Of a DNA stretch of 64,000 nt, positions 43,117 to 52,185 are shown piece by piece (position 1 is the stretch's first letter; every line of letters starts with the position of its first letter). This DNA is from Octopus vulgaris (lineage: Eukaryota). The notes under the pieces were generated by a model. That model was not told the DNA's origin. It was given only the letters and a program-made list of their open reading frames with translations, and did not search any database. The translations under genes and the position numbers were made by a program. The stretch is from NCBI GenBank assembly GCA_951406725.2, contig OX597814.1, forward strand, positions 225,628,980 through 225,692,979. The letters are read 5' to 3'.

Positions 43117-44590
43117 ACATGAGTGCACACGTGTGTTTTTGTGGATGTAATCAAACATCACTAAAGCTATGTATAAACTGAATCAAACACACACTACACA
43201 CATTTGTGTATGCTCTCAGAAGTATATTATTCAATTATGTAAGTGAATATAGACACATACATAAACACGTTCAGATTCACTTGGTTATTTGCAAACACAC
43301 ACGCACACACGCAAAATATTTCTATAGTTGTAATGCCTACAAGAATGTAAGTATGTACACACATGCACCTATATACACAATTGGTAGTTTGCAAACATCA
43401 TCCAAATACACTTGCAAAGAATCAGACACACAATGTTATTCATACAAGAGACATCATTAAATTACAACAGCAAAGAACTGTCAGGTGTTGATGATTTGTA
43501 AAGATCGGTTTGCACACAGACAAATGATAAATGGTGAAAAGGAATTGGAAACAAAGCAAGTATCTTATAGAAAATAAATGAGCTGACTATTTAATATAGT
43601 TTTGCAAAGTGAGTCAAGAGATAACCAGAAGCAGATTTGTGTGCATGAAAACTTTTGAAAAGAGGAAGGAAAAGAGACCAAAAACAAAGTGTTATACAGT
43701 CGGAACCATAAAAGCCTGAAGATATATTTTTGGTAAGACATCATCAATATCACACAGCATCGACTGAGGAAAACCAGAAAGAGCAATGAGAATGAAAAGA
43801 ATTGTAAGAAATATGAGCAGAAGATAAATATTTAGTTGTGAGGAATAATGTACTGAACCCTCACAACAAACCTTCAGTGGAATAACTATCTTGCTAAATG
43901 TAAATGTAAAGAGAAATTCTGGTGATGATGGTTATGATAAATACTGGCTATGACCATAATCAAGAACAACTTTGAATACATACTATAAGGTTACCAGTTG
44001 AAACAGGTTTTTCTTTTTTAAATCTTTTACATTAGTAACAAACTGCACCTGTAGTCCTATCACAGACAGGAGTGGACAGAGGTAGCAAAATACAGATTAA
44101 TCATTATCATCGCTATCATCATCATCATTCTGTAAATTTGGTTTAAATGTTTGACAACTCAGCACCATCCATTGGACGTTTTGCTTGTTGTATATATGAT
44201 TGGGGAATAAATATCTACCAACTATCACTTAGTTTACATGGTATTCTTCTTGTGCAAGTCAGATTTTTCTTTTTTTTTTTTGAAATAGTTGTAGTAGCTG
44301 TTATTTTCACAATATGGTTTTCTTCCTTCAGACAAGCCATTTACCATCCATTGTCAGATAGGGCCACAGTTTATCATTCTTTTCTTGGTTTCAGTTCAGT
44401 GGACTACAGCCATAAAACTGGTAGAATACTTAAGCCAGATATGGCCGGTTTAATGGCTAAATGGTTAAGTGATACAAGCAATAAGGCTACTTACTTTGCT
44501 TTTGGGGCCCAACAGGCTGACTTGATGGGATCATATTTACTGTCAGCTGGGTTGTATTTCTTGTCCTCTACAGGTTTCACTTCACCATTG
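2250..44590 (-). CDS. LIG1: DNA ligase 1, partial (15 joined coding exons; N-terminal exons and terminal exon not found in window)
   Basis: Manual splice reconstruction: join(44495-44590,40045-40101,38148-38320,35433-35497,27278-27379,25142-25310,24497-24596,22751-22836,18264-18379,15173-15379,9478-9694,8365-8447,6792-6944,4009-4206,2250-2342). Phases are compatible at every junction and there are no stops. The translation has the ATP-dependent ligase motifs [38 protein letters not shown] and SLRFPRF, plus the LIG1-type DBD ([27 protein letters not shown]). Confidence 0.97.
4009..4206 (-). CDS. LIG1: LIG1 exon, [10 protein letters not shown]...[21 protein letters not shown] (OB fold)
   Basis: tag|TTG...CAG|gtattg; 198 nt; matches ORF 3958..4206. 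Confidence 0.95.
4505..5957 (+). mobile_element. Decayed mariner (Tc1/mariner, probably irritans-like) transposon
   Basis: TA then an imperfect ~28-bp TIR (agagtgggctgaaaggttcacaggttaa / ttaagcctatgaactttccagtcaaccct). Transposase remnants: HTH 4900-5190 ([11 protein letters not shown]), [10 protein letters not shown] ~5445, FHHDNAPA ~5612, PY*PDLAPS ~5695. Many stops and frameshifts. Confidence 0.88.
4640..4861. mobile_element. piggyBac-like MITE (family 1) nested in the mariner
   Basis: TTAA|ccctttcgttac ... gtaacgaagggg|TTAA; closely similar copy at 28989-29207. Confidence 0.8.
6792..6944 (-). CDS. LIG1: LIG1 exon, [16 protein letters not shown]...[16 protein letters not shown]...VCK
   Basis: cag|CTA...AAG|gttaga; 153 nt. 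Confidence 0.96.
7094..7208 (+). mobile_element. Penelope-like terminal fragment, 5'-truncated within the hammerhead core
   Basis: gaa ggctg-cagggtatat-cagac gaa acgt t gtg; same architecture as 59387-59423 but lacking stem I 5' strand and CUGA. Confidence 0.5.
7685..7800. repeat. Degenerate 16-17-bp tandem repeat (cactcaagctggat..)
   Basis: actcaagctg / actcaaactg recurring about 6 times. Confidence 0.65.
8365..8447 (-). CDS. LIG1: LIG1 exon, (G)[27 protein letters not shown] (motifs IV/V)
   Basis: cag|GT AAC...AAG|gtataa; 83 nt. Confidence 0.96.
9478..9694 (-). CDS. LIG1: LIG1 exon, [26 protein letters not shown]...FLEESIK(G) (motif IIIa)
   Basis: cag|GAT...AAA G|gtaact; 217 nt. Confidence 0.95.
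11385..11620. repeat. Degenerate 26-28-bp tandem repeat, ~9 copies (tctagaagcagagtatatgtgcccag-like)
   Basis: tctaga-like anchors at 11395, 11423, 11449, 11475, 11501, 11529, 11555, 11583, 11611. Confidence 0.8.
11822..12042 (+). mobile_element. tRNA-derived SINE, family C (copies near 6020-6175, 8105-8320, 9095-9310, 18855-19255, 20900-21047, 21370-21590, 27655-28235, 28243-28455)
   Basis: Box B gagttcaaattcc followed by the conserved actttgcctttcatcctttcggggtcgataaattaagtacca block. Confidence 0.8.
12766..14118. repeat. 40-bp minisatellite, ~34 near-identical copies (ctggactgttgatggccacacccttaccatttgtacagac)
   Basis: Direct reading: period 40, no spacers, variants are almost all small indels. 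Confidence 0.98.
14146..14584 (-). mobile_element. tRNA-derived SINE, family A
   Basis: Reverse complement of 21797-22195. Confidence 0.85.
14715..15126. mobile_element. MITE with 29-bp TIRs and an 8-bp TSD (hAT/Merlin/P-type TSD length)
   Basis: TSD tgcaaaac at 14707-14714 and 15127-15134. TIR agatcttttcggtttgaacggcagttttt vs reverse complement ggatcttttccgtttgaacggcagttttt. Confidence 0.88.
15173..15379 (-). CDS. LIG1: LIG1 exon, [18 protein letters not shown]...LDSEAVAWD...[11 protein letters not shown] (motif III); GC donor
   Basis: cag|ATT...AAG|gcaagt; 207 nt; only the GC donor keeps frame with the next exon. Confidence 0.93.
15805..16190 (+). mobile_element. RTE-LINE 3'-UTR fragment (most abundant repeat). 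Other copies approx. 3280-3528(+), 16885-17353(+), 17581-17873(-), 22535-22720(+), 23493-23800(-), 27795-28160(+), 29793-30492(+), 41611-42100(-), 48296-48835(+), 52883-53213(-)
   Basis: Shared 3' block cactacactc.cggagtggttggcgttaggaagggcatccagc.gtagaaac...catgctagcatggaaa.cggacg.taaacgatgatg with variable 5' truncation; source of the many '[10 protein letters not shown]' spurious ORFs. Confidence 0.85.
18264..18379 (-). CDS. LIG1: LIG1 exon, (G)[13 protein letters not shown]...[13 protein letters not shown] (motif I, adenylated Lys)
   Basis: cag|GA ATC...CAG|gtaatt; 116 nt; Lys codon at 18285-18287. Confidence 0.97.
18546..18768. mobile_element. piggyBac-like MITE (family 2); related, often interrupted copies near 16816-17517, 17539-18035, 23438-23931, 40363-40587, 47878-48176
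   Basis: ttaaccctttagtatt ... aatgctaaagggttaa termini; shared internal blocks (ggccagat, aagcta(t)gagataat). Confidence 0.7.
21797..22195 (+). mobile_element. tRNA-derived SINE, family A (full length)
   Basis: Box A tagctgtgtggt, box B ggttcagtcc, central (TA/TG)n, 3' tail gaaacaagtaaaagagtaaagagta. Confidence 0.85.
22751..22836 (-). CDS. LIG1: LIG1 exon, (C)[28 protein letters not shown](G)
   Basis: cag|C GAA...CCA G|gtaggt; 86 nt. Confidence 0.94.
24497..24596 (-). CDS. LIG1: LIG1 exon, (A)[32 protein letters not shown](C)
   Basis: tag|CT TAC...TAC TG|gtaagt; 100 nt. Confidence 0.92.
25142..25310 (-). CDS. LIG1: LIG1 exon, [42 protein letters not shown]...PPGQ(A)
   Basis: cag|GTA...CAA G|gtaaag; 169 nt. 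Confidence 0.95.
25547..25583 (-). ncRNA. Minimal hammerhead-like motif (U3-A8 core), mirror copy on the LIG1 sense strand
   Basis: Exact reverse complement of 25617-25653. Confidence 0.55.
25617..25653 (+). ncRNA. Minimal hammerhead-like motif (U3-A8 core)
   Basis: cta TTGAAAA g GTTGC aagac GCAAC GAA AATT t tag. Confidence 0.55.
26500..26878 (+). mobile_element. RTE-type LINE RT fragment
   Basis: gtaggggtccaccaaggatcc (VGVHQGS) and ctcctctatgttgatgacctt (LLYVDDL, decayed YADD); cut off by a SINE at ~26878. Confidence 0.7.
27278..27379 (-). CDS. LIG1: LIG1 exon, [34 protein letters not shown]
   Basis: tag|TCA...TCA|gtgagt; 102 nt. Confidence 0.94.
28545..28775. repeat. Degenerate ~28-30-bp tandem repeat (cctagctacataccct...)
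   Basis: Recurrent tagct(a/g)(c/t)atac motif, about 7-8 times. Confidence 0.6.
28989..29207. mobile_element. piggyBac-like MITE (family 1), second copy, splitting a LINE 3'-end fragment
   Basis: TTAA|cccttttgttac ... gtaacgaaaggg|ttac; colinear with 4640-4861. Confidence 0.78.
30701..31112 (-). mobile_element. tRNA-derived SINE, family A
   Basis: Reverse complement of 21797-22195. Confidence 0.85.
31295..31995. repeat. Compound CA/TA/GATA microsatellite with higher-order periodicity
   Basis: The block aaacacgcatacacagatacatatacacagata recurs 5-6 times. Confidence 0.9.
32366..32786. mobile_element. Degraded hAT-like MITE interrupted by a LINE 3'-end fragment
   Basis: cagtggctctcaacc ... 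ggttgaaaaacactg termini; no clean TSD. Confidence 0.45.
33750..34085 (-). mobile_element. LINE 3'-end fragment with (TTA)n tail
   Basis: (aat)n run at 33750-33773 followed by sequence whose reverse strand resembles an RT C-terminus (NKLPASAVS). Confidence 0.4.
35433..35497 (-). CDS. LIG1: LIG1 exon, (G)[21 protein letters not shown]
   Basis: tag|GA CGC...GAG|gtgaga; 65 nt; GDLG motif of the DBD. Confidence 0.94.
36586..37600 (+). mobile_element. 5'-truncated RTE-type LINE: degraded RT C-terminus, repeat-containing 3' UTR, (GAT)n tail
   Basis: Remnants [10 protein letters not shown] and [17 protein letters not shown], then gtgc.ggtggcac units and the common 3' end (gagtggttggc...ggaagggcatccagctgtagaaac...gatgatgat). 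Confidence 0.85.
38148..38320 (-). CDS. LIG1: LIG1 exon, (R)[15 protein letters not shown]...[10 protein letters not shown]...AIAQAT(G)
   Basis: cag|G TTA...ACA G|gtaagt; 173 nt. Confidence 0.96.
40045..40101 (-). CDS. LIG1: LIG1 exon, (K)[18 protein letters not shown](R)
   Basis: tag|G GTC...GCA AG|gtaaga; 57 nt. Confidence 0.95.
42650..43043 (-). mobile_element. Non-autonomous Helitron
   Basis: Minus strand reads A|TCTCTCTATATATAAACGGCAAAATGTCTGTCTGTGTG...CTAG|T. It has a 5' TC, a 3' CTAG, an A/T insertion site, no TSD and a perfect 15-bp terminal hairpin at 42649-42689. Confidence 0.8.
44495..44590 (-). CDS. LIG1: LIG1 exon, [31 protein letters not shown](K) (start of DBD)
   Basis: ttgcag|C AAT...GCA AA|gtaagt; 96 nt; the YNP...Y.P...ACW pattern precedes VPYLA in metazoan LIG1. 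The acceptor position is less certain than the donor. Confidence 0.88.
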
Positions 44591-44654
44591 CTGCAAGTGA
44601 GAGAATTTTAAAGCAAAATTAGATAAAAAGAATTAAGACATATATTGTTATATT

Positions 44655-45360
44655 TCAGGATGGACATTTTTTTTTTTTTTTTTCCTTCCCAAATAAGCAC
44701 AAACACCATACATTTGTTCTTTGCTTCAGATTTATTATTGTTCTTATTTTATTTATGGAGATGTACTTGCATAGCAAGTGACCTGATCTGAGATCGTGTG
44801 CTGGAATGAAAACAATTGCAACGTGGAAGGTGTTTATAAGCCATTTAAGAAACACACAAAAACCATTAGATTCACTTCAACATTTAAATTTAATTTGTCA
44901 AAATATTTTCGACGCAGCACAGAATTTTGTCAGTGAGCAGGTCGTGGTCTCAAAGCAACGAAAATATTTTGACAAATTAAATTTAAATGTTTAAGTGAAT
45001 CTAATGGTTTTTGTGTGTTTCTTAAATGGCTTATAAACACCTTCCACGTTGCAACTGTTTTTTTTATTTTATTGTTCTTTGTCGAAAAATCTTTTGTCAC
45101 ACATCCTATGACCTCCTCAATGACTCTCCATCCCATGTTTCTTCTCCTGTAGTTTATTCCATTCTGTTTTAATCCAGAGAATGGGCCAAACAGAAAAGGA
45201 AGAGACACATGCAATGGGAAGTCGCTGAAGAGGTCACAGGGTATGTGACAAAAGATTTTCAAGCAAAGAACAATAAAATAAGAACAATAATAAATCTGAA
45301 ATGAAGAAATAATATAGAGTGCATGCCCTTATTTGGCAAAAAAAAATAATGACCATCCCC
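44655..45360. mobile_element. Two nested fold-back elements, probable Penelope-like terminal repeats
   Basis: Inner arms ~44810-44910 / 44958-45062. Outer arms ~44655-44755 + 45063-45140 / 45200-45360. Hammerhead-like motifs at 44926-44976 and 45221-45262. Confidence 0.72.
44926..44976 (+). ncRNA. Minimal hammerhead-like motif (G3-C8 core)
   Basis: tttgtca GTGAGCA g GTCGT ggtctcaaa GCAAC GAA AATATT t tgacaaa; 7-bp stem I; stem II has one mismatch and one wobble. Confidence 0.58.
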
Positions 45361-45962
45361 GTCAGGAATGTTGAAAAACAAATACATAAATGCAAATTAA
45401 GACATAAAAACAGTCAAAGTATCAATTGATAGATGTCATCCAAGTTTTTGTCTTCTAAGAATGGAGAAGCAGGTGGTAGGTGGAACACATCACTGCCGCT
45501 GCCACCAGCAATACCATCTGACCTTTCAGTGACTTACAGGAGTTCACTCCATTACAAACATTCAAACTGGGCCCCTGACAAAGCCTGTATGTATTTATGC
45601 AACCTGCTAGAAATAGCAGTCAAATTTTCATAAAACTACACCCTTCCATCTTAAAAACATATGAACAGATTGGATAATGTGGGCCTAGAAACACTCTCTG
45701 AGTGTAAAATAAGATGATCATACCTGGAACACCTTTGATCACAAGTCAACTCAATGAGGGCTGACCTGGTGTTAAATGACAACAACTAGGCCACCTTTAA
45801 TGTGTAAATATTGATTTCGAATTTGGCACAAAGCTAGCAAATTTGGGGAAGGGTATAAGTTGAATAAGAGATTTTCCAGCAGTAGCCTACAACCAAGATA
45901 TGACAGGGACTTGAATCTATGGCTATGCTTTAAGAAAAGCTACACAGCTTTTCGGTCCTGCT

Positions 45963-46179
45963 TATTCTTTTACTCTTTTACTTGTTTCAGTCATTTGACT
46001 GTGGCCATGCTGGAGCACCGCCTTTAGTCGAGCAAATCAACCTCAGGACTTATTCTTTGGACGCCTAGTACTTATTCTATCGGTCCCTTTTGCAGAACCA
46101 CTAAGTTACGGGGATGTAAACACGCCAGCATTGGTTGTCAAGCGATGTTGGGGGGACAAACACAGACACACAAACATAT

Positions 46180-46212
<33 letters not shown>

Positions 46213-46384
46213 CATATATACGATGGGCTTTTTCAGTTTCCATCTACCAAATCCACTCACAAGGCTTTGGTCGGCCCGAGGTTAGAGTAGAAGACACTTG
46301 CTCAAGATGCCACACAGTGGGATTGAACCTAGAACCATGTGGTTGGTAAGCAAGCTTCTTACCACACAGCCACTCCTACGCCTA
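45963..46384 (-). mobile_element. tRNA-derived SINE, family A
   Basis: Reverse complement of 21797-22195. Confidence 0.85.
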
Positions 46385-49300
46385 TTATTGTTTACATAAT
46401 TAATTTTATCAGGGAGTTCAGTGGTACAACTAACAGAACGGGTTACAAGTTCAATGTAGTGGGACTGAACCTGAAAACATGTGGTTGGGAACTGAACTTC
46501 TTAACCACACAGCCATGCCTGGTTATATATCCCCCACAAAAAAACGGTATGTATAATTGATACGTAATTATATATCCCAACAACAGAAATATGCCGTGTG
46601 CCTGATAAGAAATATTAGTTTTGCAAAAATAGATAAATTTATGTCATTCTAAAACATCCAAAATAATAAAAACCAAATTATGGTACCATACAGAACACTA
46701 TACAGAATATTCTTCCGATAACCAATGACAAAACAATGATTCATCAAACATTAATGAGTACTGTAAACCTAACATTAAACACTCATCATTGGACCATGGA
46801 ATATTATTTTTAATAGAATTACTCTTAATACAGTCAGAGATTTAATCTTAAGGAAATAGAAATAAAAGAATTTTAAAGCAGCAAAACCATACACAGAAAA
46901 TATGAAAGGAAAATCAAAGGGCTTTTTTGAATATTACAATTTTGAGTCATTCAGCTAAATTATTATATCACATTTGATCTCTCTCTCTCTCTCTCTCTCT
47001 CTCCCTTTCTTTTTTCATGATTTTTTTTCTTTTGTTTTTGTTTTACAAGAATGAATGCCCCACTAGCCTTACCAACAACAACAAAAAAAAGATATATTAC
47101 ATGCTTTTGAAATTGAATGATTTTAATATATATGGAGGTAAAAATGATTATGGAAAATACAAATGATGAAAGAAAGGGAAAAAAGTATTCAAAATGATGC
47201 AAATGTACAGACAGAACGCATGTAATACATATACAGACATGCCAATGTGCATTCTCACTAAGGCATTTGGTGAAAATAAATAAATAAATAAAAACTTAAT
47301 CGATTCTATCAGTTTTATTGTATTTTTCTGTCTCTGTTTTTTTTTGTTTTTTTTGTTTTTTTTAACTAACTGAATAAAGAATTCCATGAGCCTTAATAAT
47401 TGCTGACGTAGGCTTGAAGGAATTGGTGAAAACCCAAAAGAAAATAACTGACTTTTGAGTCATGCGTTTAGTATCCGACGGTCAGTTGAAATGAGAATCT
47501 GTTTTGCAATAACATTTCAAGAAATAAACACAAACACAGAGCGTATATATATATATAATAAAAGATGATCTTGCACACTGGCATGAAATCAAATGTTTAT
47601 AGAGATGGGACAGAGTGAAGTTGGGTAGAGTCATCTGAAATGATTTCCAATATGCAAAAGTAATATAATATTTGTAGTTGCTTAACCACAGGACAGGCCT
47701 GATAAAGCAGGCCTATGTTTTCCCCTTTTTTACCATATTTCTCTCAAACTACACAGCTTTTGTTTCAATTAATTTTGAAAATAATGAAGAATTTAATAAA
47801 TTAATTTTGTCATTAATAAGCTGGTGTTTGAGACAAATAACATAAAATTTTGACAGAAGGTTTTAATTTAGGTCACTAACCTTTTAGCATTTAAGGTGAC
47901 CATATCCAACCAAAATAGTTTACCTGTTTTATGTTCAAACTGGCCAGATCCAGCCTCTCACACCAATCCTACAATATTATTCTAAAAATTAACAGTTACC
48001 TCATCAATATCTCAAAGCGACAAATTTGGGGCCTGGTGCAGCCTCCTGGCTTCCCAGACACCGGTCGAACCATCCAACCCATGCTAGCATGGAAAACGGA
48101 CATTAAACGATGATGATCATCATCATTAATTGAAAACAGTGTAAATAACAGAATCATGTGAATGCTAAAGGATTAAAATATGAAGTTGGTATTATAGAAC
48201 CAGGGATAATTCCAGGGAGTTTGATATCAAAAGGGTTAGAGATATTTTTACTATGACCAGTCCTTCTTATTCTTAAGGACAGGGTATCTAGAACTATGTT
48301 ATGCACTGTTTCTTTCCTTTTCCGTTCGAACGTTGGGCGTCACAGAGGCAATGACAAAAGACCGAGACCTCTGGAGATATGCTTTGACTGCGAAGATCCA
48401 GCAAATAAAGTGAGTTCACAGCTGTATCCTACACCAGTTTCGCATAACCAGCCCCAGCCCATTCAAAAGTACCTTGGATTGTAGGGCAACATGCTGTGCT
48501 TGAGGAAACCTATTGAGTCAAGTACGGCACATAAAAAGCCCCATCTGAATGTGGCTGATGCCAGTGCCGCCTTGACTGGCTTCCGTGCCGGTGGCACGTA
48601 AAAAGCACCAACCGTTCATGGGCTTTGCCAGCCTCCTCTGGCCCCTGCTGATGGCATGTGAAAAGCACCCACTACACTCATGGAGTGGTTGGCGTTAGGA
48701 AGGGCATCCAGCTGTAGAAACACTGCCAGATCAGACTGGAGCGTGGTGCAGCCTCCTGGCCTCCCAGACCCCAGTCGAACCATCCAACCCATGCTATCAT
48801 GGAAAACGGACATTAAACGATGATGATGATGATGAGTAGGGTGTAATCTGAGTGAGATTTGACTACTATCTCTAGTAAGTCAAGCAGCCATAGAGAGCAT
48901 CCCCACCACACACATTTCACTTGACTGACTGCAGAAGGATAATTAAAAAAAAACAACTTGAATGGAATTGGAACTCAAATATAGAGAGACAACATTAATT
49001 ACCTGAAGGCATTTCTTTTGTCTTGCTGTTCACCATCATCACCCTACCAAAGGGTGACAAGGATTTTTCAATTGAAAGCAGAAGAACAGGAGTTAAATAA
49101 TTATTAGAATCAGCAGCAGCATCAACATCATCATCACCGTCATCAACAGCAATGCTGCTGCTGCCACTGTATTGTTGTGATGACCACCACCACCACTATT
49201 ATCATCATCATCATCATCATCACTAATTGCTTTATAACATCAACTTCGATTTAGAAAGACAGGAACAGAGATCAAGGAGAACAACATGGAAGTGATCTTC

Positions 49301-49539
49301 AGTTGTGTTGCCAACCAGCTCATTGTCATGAAGAGTCTCAATGCCAAGATGCCACAAGCAAATGCAGAGAGGGAGCTGACATGCTGTTTTCTCTCACTCT
49401 CCCTCACTCTATTCCACACTCACACTCTTTCTTCTATCACTCTCTTCGTAATAACTCTCTCTTTTTTCAATTCAATTGCTTACATTTGCCTGGAAACAAT
49501 GGAAGTAAAATAAAGTCGAGAGAACTCGACAATCTTTTT

Positions 49540-49862
49540 CTTTCTCTCTCGGGCTGGTGCCATAACAATGCACCAGGAGAATTCATCTACAAAGCAATTG
49601 CCCCAGCTCCCCTTCAGGGTTGGCGAAAGCGATGTGGTGGACAACGAAAAACCTGGCTGATGACAGTCAAGGCTGATCTGGAACCGGAACCCAACCTAGG
49701 CCCCCATATCTATAGCGTCGCCGCTGAAATATGGAGTGGTTGGAGATCATGCGGTCGTTAGCCAGGTCTGGTCTGCGTTTGTGAGAGATGCAGCATTGAG
49801 GATGAATGAAGCCAGCTCAATCCACCCCAGGTGGATGCTGTCTCAAGACAAGAAGAAGACAA
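49540..49862 (+). mobile_element. RTE-like LINE 3' fragment (different family)
   Basis: GWRKRCGGQRKTWL motif in ORF 49303..49761; ends in a caagacaagaagaagac tail. Confidence 0.55.
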
Positions 49863-50079
49863 CAATGTACACTCAGTAGGCTCTATTAAGTGGTTGGTGT
49901 GAGGGAGGGCATCCAGTTATAGATGCTATACCAGAATTAGATGCATGAAGGAGATGCAGATTTCCAATTCACGTTTAGAGCAGTAATTCTAAATAAGAGC
50001 TAACTCTAAGTAAGAACACACATCCAAGCAGGGAAAGTAAATATGATACTATATATGGATTTTTCTTTTCTTTCTTTTC

Positions 50080-50270
50080 TTTTACTTGTTTCAGTCATTT
50101 GACAGCGGCCATGCTGGAGCACCGCCTTTAATCGAGCAACTCGACCCTGGGACTTATTCTTTTGTAAGCCCAGTACTTATTCTATCGGTCTCTTTTGCCG
50201 AACCGCTAAGTGATGGGTACGTAAACACACCAGCATCGGTTGTCAAGCAATGCTAGGGGGACAAACACAG

Positions 50271-50301
<31 letters not shown>

Positions 50302-50468
50302 CATATATACGACAGGCTTCTTTCAGTTTCCGTCTTCCAAATCCACTCACAAGGCATTGGTCGGCCCGGGACTATAGCAGAAGACACTTGCCCAAGATGC
50401 CACGCAGTGGGACTGAACCCAGAACCATGTGGTTGATTAGCAAGCTACTTACCACACAGTCACTCCTG
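50080..50468 (-). mobile_element. tRNA-derived SINE, family A
   Basis: Reverse complement of 21797-22195. Confidence 0.85.
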
Positions 50469-51320
50469 TGTGTAAAGTAAAGAAAAAGATCTCCTTCAGT
50501 CATGAATCACCATGGGATTTCCCGTAGAAAGTTCCCCTCAGAGGCACAAATCCAGGCAAAGTTGTTTATGGAAGACCAGCTGTCACCTATGCATATCAGC
50601 CGCCCCTCTCCATGCCACCGATGTTATCCAGAGGAAAGGCAAAGGCACCATTGATGTTGCAACTGATTTCTGAGACCCTTGGCATTATGCTGTGCTTGAG
50701 AAGAAGAGCCATCAAGCCAAGCAAAATCGCAATTGTGACAGAAACCGGTGTCACACAAATTGGCAGTCATGCTGGTGGCACATAAAAAGCCACCTGGTGT
50801 CATGCAAATTGTACCCATTACACACTCGGAGTGGTTGGTGTTAGGAAGGGCATCCAATCATAGAAAACTATGCCAAATCAGACTGGACTCTGGTGCAGCC
50901 TTCCATCATGCCAGCCTGGTCAAACTGTGCAACCTATGGACATTAAATGATGATATAACATGTAGGTACAGTATGGCCAAATGGTTAAAAGTGTGATTTA
51001 CAACCAAAAAGATCCCAGGTTCTATACTGCTACATGACAAGTTGGATAAATGTTATTTCCTATAACCTTGGGTTGACCAATACCTTGAAAGTGAAATTAG
51101 GTGGAATGAAATTGTATAGAAGACAGCCAGGTGAACTGTACATTCAAAAGGTACAGCCTTGTCATACCCTGTGTCACATTGATTCTATCTGAAAATTATG
51201 TTATGGGTCTGTGGATTAGTCAGCCGCTTACATTTACACATCAATTCAGGAGCAGGTAATTCAGTTGATTGAACAATTGAATCCTCATTGTTGAATGGTG
51301 GAAATCCTCCACCACTATAT

Positions 51321-51713
51321 ATACTCTTTTACTTGTTTCAGTCATTTGACTGCGGCCATGCTGGAGCACCGCTTTTAGTCGAGCAAATCGACCCCGGGAC
51401 TTATTCTTTGTAAGCCCAGTACTTATTCTATCGGTCTCTTTTGCCGAACCGCTAAGTGACGGGGGACGTAAACACACCAGCATCGGTTGTCAAGCAATGC
51501 TAGAGGGACAAACACAGACACACATATATATATATATATATACATATATACGACGGGCTTCTTTCAGTTTCCGTCTACCAAATCCACTCACAAGGCATTG
51601 GTCGGCCTGGGGCTATAGCAGAAGAAACTTGCCCAAGATGCCACGCAGTGGGACTGAACCTGGAACCATGTGATTGGTTAGCAAGCTACTTACCACACAG
51701 CTACTCCTGCACC
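51321..51713 (-). mobile_element. tRNA-derived SINE, family A (further copies near 1597-1910, 15558-16657, 26878-27253, 32979-33317, 55360-55730)
   Basis: Reverse complement of 21797-22195. Confidence 0.85.
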
Positions 51714-52018
51714 TATATATATAACATTTAAATAAAAAAAACCAGTTCATATTCAGCAGAAGCAACAGAGTGACTCAAGGGCTGAGAGTTTCGTGTGTTT
51801 GCACTTAACAAGCTAGTTACACCAATTATATATCATTTAGCTGAGTTGCTAGTCTATTATATCTATTAACATAAATACACCTGTAGGATGTATGTGTGTG
51901 TGTATTTGTGTGTGTGATACATGGAGTTCTTTTAAAAGAACAAAATTTAAATGAGAACTGAAATATCTTAACTCTTCAACGTGAAAACTAAAACAAAAAT
52001 CTTGATTTAATTAGGATA

Positions 52019-52185
52019 TACAGTATTTTAATGTCTACAATGAACCCCCTAATTTTGGGGGCTTAAAATTTGGGAAAAAGGGTTTGTAAGGGATTGTAAT
52101 ACTATCCATGTATAAGAAACTCCCATATTTTTTTAACCTAATTTTTCACAAAAAAAAGGTTCCTTATACACGTTAAAATACCCTA
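52019..52185. mobile_element. Degraded Tc1/mariner-superfamily MITE
   Basis: tacagtattttaatgtctacaa ... ttatacacgttaaaatacccta imperfect inverted termini with TA ends. Confidence 0.4.

Noticed and set aside
44147-44611. 154-aa plus-strand ORF
   Set aside because: Antisense to a LIG1 exon, low complexity, no recognisable domain.
47454-47499. Possible minus-strand exon with acceptor and donor-like ends
   Set aside because: Stop codons in all three frames.
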